From a candidate division FCPU426 bacterium (lineage in GTDB: Bacteria; Oederibacteriota; JAAXVQ01; JAUVAV01), in the NCBI GenBank assembly GCA_030637655.1, contig DAOWGI010000031.1:1-64000 (forward strand): a stretch of DNA of 64,000 nt. Reading direction: 5' to 3'. Under the pieces are notes generated by a model that was not told where the DNA came from, did not search any database, and saw only the letters and a program-made list of their open reading frames with translations. Both the position numbers and the translations under genes were made by a program. Shown one piece after another: positions 54,735 through 64,000 of this stretch; the stretch's first letter is position 1, and every line of letters starts with the position of its first letter.

Positions 54735-55697
54735 ATGCGTCCTCGTTTGATTTTTATGGGGACACCGGATTTCGGGGTTCCTACATTTCGGTATTTAGTG
54801 GAGAACCACTATCCGGTTGCAGCGGTGGTAACCCGTCCGGACAAACCCAAAGGACGCGGTTATCAATCGTCCGTGTCTGCTGTGAAAGCCATGGCCCTGG
54901 AATTGGGATTGCCGGTGTTGCAACCCTTGGATGTGAATCACCGGGAATTTTTAGAACAATTAAAGGCGTTACAAGCAAAGGTTATTGTAGTCGCGGCTTT
55001 TGGCCGGATTTTAAAAACGGAATTGTTGTACTTGTTACCCTTAGGCTGCATTAACCTGCATGGATCCTTGCTTCCCAACTACCGGGGAGCGGCTCCGATC
55101 CAGTGGGCAATCGCCCAAGGGGAAAAGGAAACCGGAATCACGGTTCAGATTATGGCGGAAGAAGTAGACAGCGGAGCGATTCTGGTGCAGCGAGCAATTC
55201 CGATCGGACCGGACGAGTGTTGTCAGGAGGTATACCAAAAATTGGCTGCTGTGGGAGGTCCGGCAACAGCAGAAGCATTGGAGAAGCTGGCGGAAAAGGG
55301 CAGGGCAGCCGGTATGGCTCAGGATGAGACCCAGGCTACTTTAGCACCCCGGCTGCGCCGGGAAGACGGCTGCCTGGACTGGACTCAGCCGGCAGAGCGG
55401 ATTCATAATCGAGTACGTGCGTTTAATCCCTGGCCAGGCACCTATTCCTTTGCCAGGGGAAAACGATTGAAAATTATAACCACGCAAAGAGCAAAACGAT
55501 CCCTGCCCAAAGACACACCTCCGGGAAGCATCCTGGAAGTGGACAATGCGACTGGGTGGTTGGTTGCCGCGGGACATGGTACCACGCTGCGAGTGGTGCG
55601 AGTACAATGCGACAATGCCAAAGAGATGGCGGCGCAATCTTTTACCTGCGGGTATCGTGTCGGAGTAGGTAGCGTGCTGGGACTAAGGAGGGAATAA
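54735..55697 (+). CDS. fmt: Methionyl-tRNA formyltransferase
   Basis: FMGTPDF, PDKPKGRG, INLHGSLLPNYRGAAPIQW, FNPWPG. Confidence 0.97.
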   Translation: MRPRLIFMGTPDFGVPTFRYLVENHYPVAAVVTRPDKPKGRGYQSSVSAVKAMALELGLPVLQPLDVNHREFLEQLKALQAKVIVVAAFGRILKTELLYLLPLGCINLHGSLLPNYRGAAPIQWAIAQGEKETGITVQIMAEEVDSGAILVQRAIPIGPDECCQEVYQKLAAVGGPATAEALEKLAEKGRAAGMAQDETQATLAPRLRREDGCLDWTQPAERIHNRVRAFNPWPGTYSFARGKRLKIITTQRAKRSLPKDTPPGSILEVDNATGWLVAAGHGTTLRVVRVQCDNAKEMAAQSFTCGYRVGVGSVLGLRRE

Positions 55698-55699
55698 AA

Positions 55700-56089
55700 G
55701 TGGCGTCAAAACGTATCATCATTGTGGACGATGATCCTGGTATAGTGGAATTGTTTCAGGATATTTTGGAAGGGAAGGGATACGAAGTCCAGACTTTTCA
55801 TCGTGGTTGGGAAGCTTTGCAGGCAGTATCGCGTCAACGTCCGGATTTGATGATTCTGGATATCATGATGCCGCGGGTGAATGGTTATGAAGTCTGTCAG
55901 ATCATGAAAGAAAATCCCAAGACCAAACAAATTCCGGTTATTTTTTTGACCGCGCTTTCCCACCAGGAGGCGTTGCGCCTGGCAGCCGAAGGTGGCGCGG
56001 ATGATTTTTTGGTAAAGCCATGTACTCCGGAGCGGTTGATCCGGCACGTGGAAAGGCATTTAAGTATGCTTAAAACCGAGGAAGAATAG
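55700..56089 (+). CDS. Stand-alone response regulator receiver (CheY-like)
   Basis: IVDDD, LDIMMP, FLTA, LVKP. Confidence 0.9.
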   Translation: MASKRIIIVDDDPGIVELFQDILEGKGYEVQTFHRGWEALQAVSRQRPDLMILDIMMPRVNGYEVCQIMKENPKTKQIPVIFLTALSHQEALRLAAEGGADDFLVKPCTPERLIRHVERHLSMLKTEEE

Positions 56090-56099
56090 AGGAAGCATA

Positions 56100-56810
56100 A
56101 TGGAACTGGACAAAATTCTCCACCAAGCGCAGGCAGAATTAAAAAAAAGTTTTGGCGATGATTTGGAAAGTCTTTTGGTGTATGGTTCAGCGGCTATTGG
56201 TGATTATACACCCGGTGTCTCGGATATAAATTTGTTGGTAGTGCTGAAAAGAGTAAACATTTATATTCTGGACAGTATGCGCGATTTCATGAAAAAAATG
56301 GGCCGGGCATTTGTGACCGCGCCGTTGGTGATGACCCGGGAGCACATTCGCACGTCAGCGGATGTTTTTCCCATTGAATTTTTGGAAATCAAAGAGAAGC
56401 ACCGTATGCTTATAGGTGAAGATTATTTTGCTGATCTGAAAATTGACATAAAAAACTTGAGGCACGAATGCGAGCATGAATTAAAGGGCCGGGTCATCCG
56501 AATCCGGCAGAGTTTTATAGAAGCCAAGGGATCGAGTCATGAATTGAAAGAACTGCTCATATCCGCACACACAGCCAATTTCCCGGCCTTTCGGACGGCC
56601 TTGCGGTTGAAAGAAGCAGCGCCGCCCATGAAAAAAGAGGAAGTGACTGCGGCCTTGTCCGTGCACTTTGACTTGGATGTGGAATTATTTCATACCATCA
56701 AACGGCTCCGGATGCATGAGATCAAATTGAATGCGGGCAGCTTGCGTGAATTGATAGGTAAATATTTAAGTGAGGTTGAAAAACTTGCAGCCATTGTGGA
56801 CCGTTTGTAA
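56100..56810 (+). CDS. Nucleotidyltransferase-domain protein (LemA/TPM-associated)
   Basis: YGSAA.GDY.PG.SDINLL, DVFPIEF. Confidence 0.8.
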   Translation: MELDKILHQAQAELKKSFGDDLESLLVYGSAAIGDYTPGVSDINLLVVLKRVNIYILDSMRDFMKKMGRAFVTAPLVMTREHIRTSADVFPIEFLEIKEKHRMLIGEDYFADLKIDIKNLRHECEHELKGRVIRIRQSFIEAKGSSHELKELLISAHTANFPAFRTALRLKEAAPPMKKEEVTAALSVHFDLDVELFHTIKRLRMHEIKLNAGSLRELIGKYLSEVEKLAAIVDRL

Positions 56811-57561
56811 AACCTTTTTTGCTGTTCTGCTCCTTTCCGTACTGCTTGTCAATCCGGTACCCGGAGCAACTGCCGCGAAGGCGCCTCAGGTGCCGCGACC
56901 AGTCGGTTTTGTAAATGATTATGCCCAGGTGCTTAGTGAACCGGCTAAAGCGCAACTAAATGCTCTCTCAACCAGTCTGGCGCAAGCTACCGGCGCGCAG
57001 ATGGTTTTTGTGATTATGCCCAGCATTGCTCCTTACGATGAATTTACCTATGGCCAGGCTATTTTTGATGCTTGGGGCATTGGTCAAAAAGGCAAGGATA
57101 ATGGACTCTTGTTTTTAATTGCCATCAAAGAAAAGCGTCTTCGTATTCATACGGGGTACGGTGTAGAGGGAGTGTTGCCGGACGGCAAGTTGGGACGTTA
57201 TCGGGATGAATACTTGCGGCCCTATTTAAAGAAAAACGAGATAGGCGCCGGCTTGGCCAACATTGGTCTGGTCTGTGCTCAGGATCTGGCCCAAGAGGCC
57301 GAGGTACAGTTGAATATCAACGGAACACCAAAGCGGTTTCCGCGCCAAAAAAGTCAGGGGACCCCCGGGCGCCTGATTATCATGATTGTTTTATTGGTGT
57401 TCCTCAGTGTGATTTCGAGACTAAACCGGCGTCGTCGTTCTGTGACCGGTGCCTATATTCCAGGGGGCTACTATCGCAGCGGTGGCGGTGGTTTTGGTGG
57501 CGGCTTCTCGGGTTTTGGCGGCGGTTTTTCCGGTGGCGGCGGCGTGGGTGGCGGCTGGTAA
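56770..57561 (+). CDS. TPM (TLP18.3/Psb32/MOLO-1) domain membrane protein
   Basis: VNDYA.VLS, WGIGQKGKDNGLL, GYGVEGVLPD, Gly-rich tail; start uncertain. Confidence 0.9.
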   Translation: MRLKNLQPLWTVCKTFFAVLLLSVLLVNPVPGATAAKAPQVPRPVGFVNDYAQVLSEPAKAQLNALSTSLAQATGAQMVFVIMPSIAPYDEFTYGQAIFDAWGIGQKGKDNGLLFLIAIKEKRLRIHTGYGVEGVLPDGKLGRYRDEYLRPYLKKNEIGAGLANIGLVCAQDLAQEAEVQLNINGTPKRFPRQKSQGTPGRLIIMIVLLVFLSVISRLNRRRRSVTGAYIPGGYYRSGGGGFGGGFSGFGGGFSGGGGVGGGW

Positions 57562-57690
57562 AGAAAATTAACCGCCGATGAACGCCGATAAACGCGGATA
57601 TTTATAGCTTAAGGGATAAAAAAGATTTTTAATTTGCGTATATCGGCGTGCATCGGCGGCTAAATTTGGTTCCGGCTGGTCCGGGTTAGG
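57561..57690 (-). repeat. ~130-bp element, inverted homolog of 47320-47450
   Basis: Reverse complement begins cctaacccggaccagccggaac..gccgat..acgccgatatacgcaaattaaaaatc. Confidence 0.8.
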
Positions 57691-57708
57691 AAAAAAATAG
57701 GAGGTGTT

Positions 57709-58302
57709 ATGGAAAAAACAGGATTGGCAGTACTTTCGATTGTGGGTGTTGTCCTGGCAGTGTTTTTGTTGGTCTTGCTGGGTGTGGTTTTTTATGTAAT
57801 CGGAAGTTATAACAGTTTGGTCAAAATGGATGAGTCCGTAAAAACCGCATGGTCACAAGTCGAGAATCAATTGCAGCGGCGCAATGACCTGATTCCCAAT
57901 TTGGTTAATACGGTCAAAGGGTACGCCTCACATGAGAAGGGGATTTTTGAGAATGTGGCTGAAGCCCGGGCCAAGTTGGCCGGGGCTCAAAACCGGAATG
58001 AAAAAATTGCTGCGGCCGGTGAAATGTCAAGTGTACTGGGACGTTTGTTTGCCATTGTAGAAAATTATCCACAACTCAAAGCGGACATGAATTTTCGGCA
58101 ACTACAGGATGAATTGGCCGGTACAGAGAACCGGATTGCGGTTGAACGTATGCGGTACAATGAGACTGTGAAGCTTTTTAATCAGAGCATCCGCGTTTTT
58201 CCCAAGAATATCATTGCCGGTATGTTCGGTTTTGAAAAAGCCAATTTATTTGAGGCGGAAGAAGGAAGCAAAGAAGTGCCGAAGGTTGATTTTACACAGT
58301 AG
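57709..58302 (+). CDS. lemA: LemA family protein
   Basis: QRRNDLIPNLV, ENYPQLKA, ELAGTENRI. Confidence 0.95.
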   Translation: MEKTGLAVLSIVGVVLAVFLLVLLGVVFYVIGSYNSLVKMDESVKTAWSQVENQLQRRNDLIPNLVNTVKGYASHEKGIFENVAEARAKLAGAQNRNEKIAAAGEMSSVLGRLFAIVENYPQLKADMNFRQLQDELAGTENRIAVERMRYNETVKLFNQSIRVFPKNIIAGMFGFEKANLFEAEEGSKEVPKVDFTQ

Positions 58303-58318
58303 GGACGATTGGGGACGT

Positions 58319-58421
58319 GGGGACGTTGATCGGTAATACGGTTATCCAGAATCACTAATATTTATGAAGAAATCCAAAGAGTCAGCAAATAAAGATAACC
58401 GTATTACCGATCAACGTCCCC
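58319..58421. mobile_element. 103-bp MITE-like element, copy 1 (28-bp perfect TIRs)
   Basis: ggggacgttgatcggtaatacggttatc / gataaccgtattaccgatcaacgtcccc. Confidence 0.8.
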
Positions 58422-58427
58422 CGAGGT

Positions 58428-58821
58428 GGAGTAGTCCGGGCGGCCGCTCTTGTGAGGGCGCGATGACCGCGCCCCTACAGGGGAGGAAAGTCCGAGCTCC
58501 CAGGGCAGAGTGCTGGGTAACACCCAGTCGCGGTGACGTGAAGGAAAGTGCCACAGAAAATATACCGCCCTGCACCCTTGTGGTGCAGGGTAAGGGTGAA
58601 ATGGTGAGGTAAGAGCTCACCGCGCTCCGGGTGACCGGAGTGGCAGGGCAAACCCCGCTTGGAGCAAGACCAAATAGGAGGGATGTGTCTGGCAACAGAC
58701 ACAAACCACGGCCCGTGGTTCCCTCGGGTTGGTCGCTTGAGGCGCAGCGTAAGTTGCGTCCCAGATAAATGGTCGCCATCTCTGGCAACAGAGAGACAGA
58801 ACTCGGCTTATGGACTACTCC
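58428..58821 (+). ncRNA. rnpB: RNase P RNA (type A)
   Basis: P1 ggagtagtcc / ggactactcc; GAGGAAAGTCC, GAAAGTGCCACAGAAA, GGTAAGAGC, GAGCAAG, ACAGAACTCGGCTTA. Confidence 0.96.
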
Positions 58822-58849
58822 TTAATTTTTTTTCGCTTTACGAATGATT

Positions 58850-58952
58850 GGGGACGTTGATCGGTAATACGGTTATCCAAAATCACTAATATTTATGAAA
58901 AAATCCAAAGAGTCAGCAAATAAAGATAACCGTATTACCGATCAACGTCCCC
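58850..58952. mobile_element. 103-bp MITE-like element, copy 2
   Basis: Direct repeat of 58319-58421 with 2 mismatches. Confidence 0.8.
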
Positions 58953-58974
58953 CCGTTACTTTGAGGTGGTTCCG

Positions 58975-59988
58975 ATGATTATTGTCATGAAACCAGGCGT
59001 GCCCATGCAGGAAATTCGTCAGATCATGGAGCGCATAAAGAAAATGAAGTTAGCGCCGCATCTGCTGCGTGGTACTGAGCGCAATGTCATTGCAGTGATT
59101 GGTGATGAACGGAATTTGCAGCGAGAGCCCTTGGAAGCGATTCCCGGGGTGGAAAATGTCATGTCCGTACTCAAGCCCTATAAGCTGGCCAGTCTGGAAG
59201 GGCATCAAGAAAGAACAGTAATCAGCACCGGAGGTTTTGTAATTGGCGAAAAAAAAATAGCTGTCATCGCCGGTCCCTGTACAGTTGAAAACCAAAAGAT
59301 GTTGCTGCAAACAGCACGTCATATCCAACGTCAGGGGGCCTGCGGTTTGCGGGGCGGGGTTTTTAAGCCGCGTACCAGTCCTTATGCTTTTCAGGGTTTG
59401 AAAAATGCCGGATTAAAAGTACTTGCTCAAGTACGCAAGAGTTGCCGGATTCCGGTGGTTACCGAAGTGTTGGATCCCCGCGATGTGAAAGCGGTTGCCA
59501 AGTGTGCGGATATATTGCAAGTGGGCACGCGTAATATGCAGAATTATGAACTTTTGAAAGCAGTTGGCAAACAGAAAAAGCCGGTACTTCTCAAGCGCGG
59601 TATGGCCGCAGGGGTTGATGATTTTCTAATGTCAGCTGAATACATTATGGCGCAAGGAAATTATAAAGTGATTTTATGTGAGCGTGGGATTCGCACGTTT
59701 AATGATTATGCCCGGAACACTTTGGATTTAACCATCATCCCCGCCTTAAAAGAGAGAACACACTTGCCGGTTATCGTGGATCCGTCACATGGTACGGGTA
59801 AGAGAAAATATGTGATGCCCATGGCGAGGGCCGCGATTGCCGCCGGAGCGGATGGGCTGTTGATTGAGGTGCATCCGCATCCGGAGCGGGCCTGGGTAGA
59901 TGGCCGGCAATCACTTTCTTTGCAAGAATTCACAGAATTGATGAGAGAAATACAGAGTATAGCCCATGCTATTGGCAGGACTTTATAA
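58975..59988 (+). CDS. aroF: DAHP synthase, class I-beta with N-terminal ferredoxin-like regulatory domain
   Basis: IAGPC, FKPRTSPYAFQG, QVGTRNMQN, LKRG, DPSH; ATG after GAGGTG. Confidence 0.95.
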   Translation: MIIVMKPGVPMQEIRQIMERIKKMKLAPHLLRGTERNVIAVIGDERNLQREPLEAIPGVENVMSVLKPYKLASLEGHQERTVISTGGFVIGEKKIAVIAGPCTVENQKMLLQTARHIQRQGACGLRGGVFKPRTSPYAFQGLKNAGLKVLAQVRKSCRIPVVTEVLDPRDVKAVAKCADILQVGTRNMQNYELLKAVGKQKKPVLLKRGMAAGVDDFLMSAEYIMAQGNYKVILCERGIRTFNDYARNTLDLTIIPALKERTHLPVIVDPSHGTGKRKYVMPMARAAIAAGADGLLIEVHPHPERAWVDGRQSLSLQEFTELMREIQSIAHAIGRTL

Positions 59989-60080
59989 TTGCGCGGTATG
60001 GGTGTATGAAAATTAAATATTTATAGGTATTTTATTGGCAATCCAGGGGAAAAAGAAAAATCCAGGAAGGATTCAAGCAG

Positions 60081-61364
60081 ATGAATCTTCGTATTATAAT
60101 AACTACTGTTTTTATTTTTTTGATAGGAGCTTTAACCGTTCAGGCGGCAGCTTTTGGCGAACAAGGGAGCGGCACAGGAGACTTGTCCGGTCTTGACGGT
60201 TATCTTTATGCAACCCAGTACAACAATTCCACGGCTGGTAATATCAATCGTATTTTTGTGTATTTAACAGCCGCCGGCGCTACCGGAGCGCAGGGGAGAA
60301 TGGCGGTTTACGACAATGGCGGAACCAACCTGCCGGAAAGTCTGGTAGTACAAAGCAATACCCAAACCCTGGTAGCTGGATGGAATGAATTCGTGGTGGC
60401 CTCAGCGGCAGTATCCGCTGGTACGTATTGGATTTCTTTTCAATTTGACACATCCAATACCCGGATTGGGTATTATATCGGCACTGTACAACAAACACAA
60501 TATAGAGCGTTTTCTCCTGTGCAATCGTTTCCTGCTTCTTGGGGCACACCCGATGGCAATGGTGCTTTTGATATCTGCATGTATGCTACGGAAATCACTC
60601 CCACCCTAACAGTTACACCCACCTATACCGGAACTGCAACACCCACCTATACCCGGACAGCTACCCATTCGCCAACCAGTACAAATACACCAACCTATAC
60701 AATGACGAATACTGCTACTATAACTCCTACCAATACTGTAACCTCCACCTTGACTTCCACCTTAACACCCACACCGACCGGCACGATTACACCAACATAT
60801 ACCGGTACGGTTTCACCGACACCGTTTATTTCCAGAACCTATACACCGACCGCTACATTTACGGCCACATCTTCTTTCACTCCCACTTCAACCATTACCA
60901 TAACTTCGACCATTTCGCAAACAGCTACCGTGACTCCAACTTATACAGTTACTTTAACTTCAACCCCGGTCTATTCGCCGACCGTGACACGTACCGGCAC
61001 CATAACTCCCACGCTCACCACCACACCCACACCCCGTCAGGCCTATAATGATCTGACCGAAGTACGGGTGTTTCCCAATCCCTGGCGCGGCGATATTGTT
61101 AGGGTGCAAAGACGGGTTGTGATTGAAAATTTGACTAGGGATGCCACTGTGTATATCTATACTATAGACAGTCGACTGGTGAAGGAGATTCCACCCGGAG
61201 CCAATGAAGACAATGGCCGGACCAACAATCCGGGTAACAATGGACGTGCGGAATGGGGCCTGGCCAACCAAGACGGCGATCCGGTGGCCTCAGGGGTGTA
61301 TGTGTATGTGATTAAAGATCCGGCTGGTAATTTCAGACGAGGGAAAATTGCGATTTTAAAATGA
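60081..61364 (+). CDS. Secreted protein with Thr/Pro-rich linker and T9SS-sorting-like C-terminal domain
   Basis: Signal peptide; long TPTxTxT tract; FPNPW...IYT...W.L.N..G..VASGVYVY..GKIAILK. Confidence 0.85.
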   Translation: MNLRIIITTVFIFLIGALTVQAAAFGEQGSGTGDLSGLDGYLYATQYNNSTAGNINRIFVYLTAAGATGAQGRMAVYDNGGTNLPESLVVQSNTQTLVAGWNEFVVASAAVSAGTYWISFQFDTSNTRIGYYIGTVQQTQYRAFSPVQSFPASWGTPDGNGAFDICMYATEITPTLTVTPTYTGTATPTYTRTATHSPTSTNTPTYTMTNTATITPTNTVTSTLTSTLTPTPTGTITPTYTGTVSPTPFISRTYTPTATFTATSSFTPTSTITITSTISQTATVTPTYTVTLTSTPVYSPTVTRTGTITPTLTTTPTPRQAYNDLTEVRVFPNPWRGDIVRVQRRVVIENLTRDATVYIYTIDSRLVKEIPPGANEDNGRTNNPGNNGRAEWGLANQDGDPVASGVYVYVIKDPAGNFRRGKIAILK

Positions 61365-61391
61365 TTCACCGCGGCGAAATTAAATATTTCT

Positions 61392-61449
61392 GTAGGGAAC
61401 GGTCCCCCAACCGGAATTTTTGTAGGGAACGGTCGCGACCGTTCCCTAC
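61392..61449. repeat. GTAGGGAACGGTC REP array
   Basis: Homologous to 40719-40810. Confidence 0.8.
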
Positions 61450-61473
61450 TTCGGGCAAGGAGGAGTTATTTCT

Positions 61474-62103
61474 ATGCCTCGCATTACGGCCATTGAGATA
61501 CAATCCAAACAAAAAAATCGACGTTCGATTTTTGTGGACCAGGAATTTATTTGCGGCCTGGATCAGTCAATAGTTGCCAAGCTGCGTTTGACGACCGGAC
61601 AAGCAGTTGCGATCAAAGAGCTCAAGAACATAGTTCGGGAAGAAGAAATAAATTGGGCCAAGGAAAAATGTTTGCGTTGGTTGGATCATCGGGCGCGAAC
61701 TCGCCGGGAATTAGCCGGGCGTTTACAACAGCATGGGGTTGAACCTGAAGTGTCGGAAGCTGTTCTCAAGCGGTTGCAGGAAATCAAACTGGTTGATGAT
61801 GAAGCCTACGCGCGAGGGTTTATTCAAGAACGTGTGCGCTTACAAGGTGTTGGCCGGCGCCGGCTGCGTTTGGAATTAAGCAAACGTGGGCTAGATCATG
61901 AAATAATAGAGATGGCCCTGCAAGAGAACGTGGCTGAGGACGAGAACCAAGCCTGTGAGGCAGAGGCTAAAAGAAAGGTCCGAACGTATGCCCGGTTGCC
62001 TGTTTTTGTTGCCAGGCGGCGGTTAATTGCTTTTTTAAGCCGTAAAGGATTTGATTTTGAGACCATAAACCCCATTGTGCGCCTGGTGCTGCCGGAAGAG
62101 TAA
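61474..62103 (+). CDS. recX: Regulatory protein RecX
   Basis: ITAIEIQ.K...R.SIFVD, RTRREL, LVDDEAYA, FLSRKGF. Confidence 0.9.
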   Translation: MPRITAIEIQSKQKNRRSIFVDQEFICGLDQSIVAKLRLTTGQAVAIKELKNIVREEEINWAKEKCLRWLDHRARTRRELAGRLQQHGVEPEVSEAVLKRLQEIKLVDDEAYARGFIQERVRLQGVGRRRLRLELSKRGLDHEIIEMALQENVAEDENQACEAEAKRKVRTYARLPVFVARRRLIAFLSRKGFDFETINPIVRLVLPEE

Positions 62104-62184
62104 ACGGCGCGCGGTACTATATTTATTAAAAACGGGTACTGTCAAAAATAACATGAAAGAAAAATGAAATAATTTTCTGAAAAT

Positions 62185-62321
62185 ATCCACCACAAAGGCA
62201 CAAAGAACACTAAGGAGCACTAAGGAAAAATTAAGTGATAAGAGTAAAACAATAAACATTAATAAATATTAATTTTGTGTTTCTTTGTGAACCTTTGAGC
62301 CTTTGTGCCTTTGTGGTGGAT
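62185..62321. repeat. CACCACAAAGGCACAAAG-type hairpin element (21-bp perfect arms)
   Basis: 62185-62205 / 62301-62321. Confidence 0.8.
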
Positions 62322-62446
62322 CTTTTTAAGATATTTTATTATGGGGGAGATACCTATAAAACAAGAAAAATCCTGAATTACCAATAGTTTAAAGAATTGA
62401 AGATAAAATATTTTGACAATACCTAAAAACGCTGTTGGAGGCAAGT

Positions 62447-64000
62447 ATGCAAAGCAATGAAATCCGTCGAAAATTCATTGAGTATTTTAAAGAGCGTGGT
62501 CATATCCATCAACCCAGCGCCGGCCTGGTGCCGGATGATCCGACTGTGCTTTTTACAGTGGCAGGTATGGTCCAGTTCAAGCCGTATTTTATGGGAACCG
62601 GTGCCAAACCCTTTACCCGGGCCGTGACTTCACAGAAATGCCTGCGAACCAATGATATTGAAAATGTAGGTTTTACGCCCCGGCACCATACTTTTTTTGA
62701 GATGCTGGGTAATTTTTCTTTTGGTGATTATTTTAAAAAGGAGGCCATTGTCTGGTCCTGGGAGTTTTTAACCAAGGTTATTGGTTTGGATCAGGACAAA
62801 CTCTGGGTTACTATTCACCGTGAGGATGATGAAGCGTATACGATCTGGAAAGAAGAGGTTAAAATTCCCGAAAAACGGATTGTGCGTATGGGAGAGGAAA
62901 CTAACTTCTGGACCATGGGAGAGACCGGGCCGTGTGGTCCCTGCAGTGAAATTCTCTATGATATTGGTCCGGTAGCCGGCAAACCCGAAGCCGGACCGGA
63001 TGAGGATGAGGATCGCTATTTGGAAGTATGGAATTTGGTGTTTACTCAATACGACCGGCAGGCGGACGGCAGCAGGCAACCTTTGCCCCAAAAAAATATT
63101 GATACCGGCATGGGGTTGGAGCGTTTGGTCGCGGTCAGTCAAGGAGTTCCAACCAATTTTGATACGGATTTGTTCCAGCCGTTGATTCAAGCCATTGCCA
63201 AAGAAACCATGACGCGATATGGCAAGGATGCCAAAAGTGACAGCTCCCTGCGCGTGATCGCGGATCACATTCGCTGCGCTGCCTTTCTGATAACAGACGG
63301 CATATTGCCCGGCAATGAGGGTCGCGGCTATGTGTTGCGCCGGATTTTGCGCAGGGCAGTGCGGCATGGGAAATTGTTGGGGACCAGTGATGTTTTTCTG
63401 TATCGCTTAGTTCCTTATGTGGTGGAGCTGATGAAAGGCGCCTATGGGGAGATTGCCGAACGTCGCGAGCATGTAGTGGCTGTGGTCAAGGGGGAAGAAG
63501 ACCGCTTTCAACATACGCTGGATTCCGGTCTGGCCATATTAAACGATATTATTGCGGAGATGAAAAAGGAGAAAAAAAGCAGTATTCCCGGCAAACAAAT
63601 TTTTCAACTGTATGATACCTACGGTTTTCCTCTGGATTTGACCAGGGAAATTGCGCAGGAGCATAAACTGGTTTTAGATGAGGCAGGTTTTGAGCAGGCC
63701 ATGAAAGAACAACGTGAGCGCGCTCGTTCTGCCTGGGTGGGTAGCGGTGAGAAAGATTTCGCGCCCCTGATTCGTGAGCTGGGCGGGAAATTGACGCCTA
63801 CTCATTTTTGCGGATACCAGGAGTACAATACCAATGCGCAGGTTATGGCCGTGATCCATAAAGATAAGCAGGTTGAGCAGGCACAGGCCGGGGATGATAT
63901 TATTGTGGTTCTCAACCACTCCACTTTCTATGCGGCTTCCGGCGGTCAAGTGGCGGATCAGGGAGAAATTATTACCGCGAACGGTAAAATGGAAGTCACT
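62447..64000 (+). CDS. alaS: Alanine-tRNA ligase, 3'-truncated (absent from ORF track)
   Basis: GGAGG then MQSNEIRRKFIEYF..DDPTVLFTVAGMVQFKPYF, RHHTFFEMLGNFSFGDYFK, IDTGMGLER. Confidence 0.97.
   Translation, partial: MQSNEIRRKFIEYFKERGHIHQPSAGLVPDDPTVLFTVAGMVQFKPYFMGTGAKPFTRAVTSQKCLRTNDIENVGFTPRHHTFFEMLGNFSFGDYFKKEAIVWSWEFLTKVIGLDQDKLWVTIHREDDEAYTIWKEEVKIPEKRIVRMGEETNFWTMGETGPCGPCSEILYDIGPVAGKPEAGPDEDEDRYLEVWNLVFTQYDRQADGSRQPLPQKNIDTGMGLERLVAVSQGVPTNFDTDLFQPLIQAIAKETMTRYGKDAKSDSSLRVIADHIRCAAFLITDGILPGNEGRGYVLRRILRRAVRHGKLLGTSDVFLYRLVPYVVELMKGAYGEIAERREHVVAVVKGEEDRFQHTLDSGLAILNDIIAEMKKEKKSSIPGKQIFQLYDTYGFPLDLTREIAQEHKLVLDEAGFEQAMKEQRERARSAWVGSGEKDFAPLIRELGGKLTPTHFCGYQEYNTNAQVMAVIHKDKQVEQAQAGDDIIVVLNHSTFYAASGGQVADQGEIITANGKMEVT

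Noticed and set aside
58364-58847. ORFs overlapping rnpB
   Set aside because: Shadow ORFs on a clear RNase P RNA.
58319-58952. attL/attR of an integrated element
   Set aside because: The repeats are self-palindromic MITE-like units and no integrase is present.
62768-63949. ORFs listed over the last 1.3 kb
   Set aside because: Antisense or out-of-frame shadows of alaS.

Overview
Bacterial chromosomal window from a diderm, probably an uncultured lineage; FCPU426/Goldbacteria/Firestonebacteria/Elusimicrobiota-like is an inference from gene style only. The first 34 kb hold three giant membrane-associated proteins (>3683 aa partial, 3306 aa, about 2255 aa), plus lnt and two YD/RHS-like secreted proteins. 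By manual alignment all three giants share a ~100-aa C-terminal domain ending in small residues (GAAA, DSSA, TGAA). The two complete ones also share an extended signal peptide and a ~450-aa QDLH/VEG/GGFH N-terminal domain. Their middles differ and carry hydrophobic hairpins alternating with cargo-like domains (degenerate SecA-like ATPase, GGDEF-like, HExxH zincins). This conserved-ends, variable-middle family is the best candidate for an undescribed export/effector system. The rest is housekeeping (clpB, yicC-remA-gmk-rpoZ-coaBC, udg, priA-def-fmt, lemA, rnpB, aroF, recX, partial alaS), interrupted by two S8-protease + PorV-like barrel pairs with T9SS-like C-termini. Intergenic DNA holds many palindromic/MITE families, including two 103-bp copies bracketing rnpB and a pair of 134-bp hairpins with compensatory stem changes. 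No CRISPR array, tRNA, rRNA, transposase or prophage was seen. All domain calls are by eye; no searches were run.
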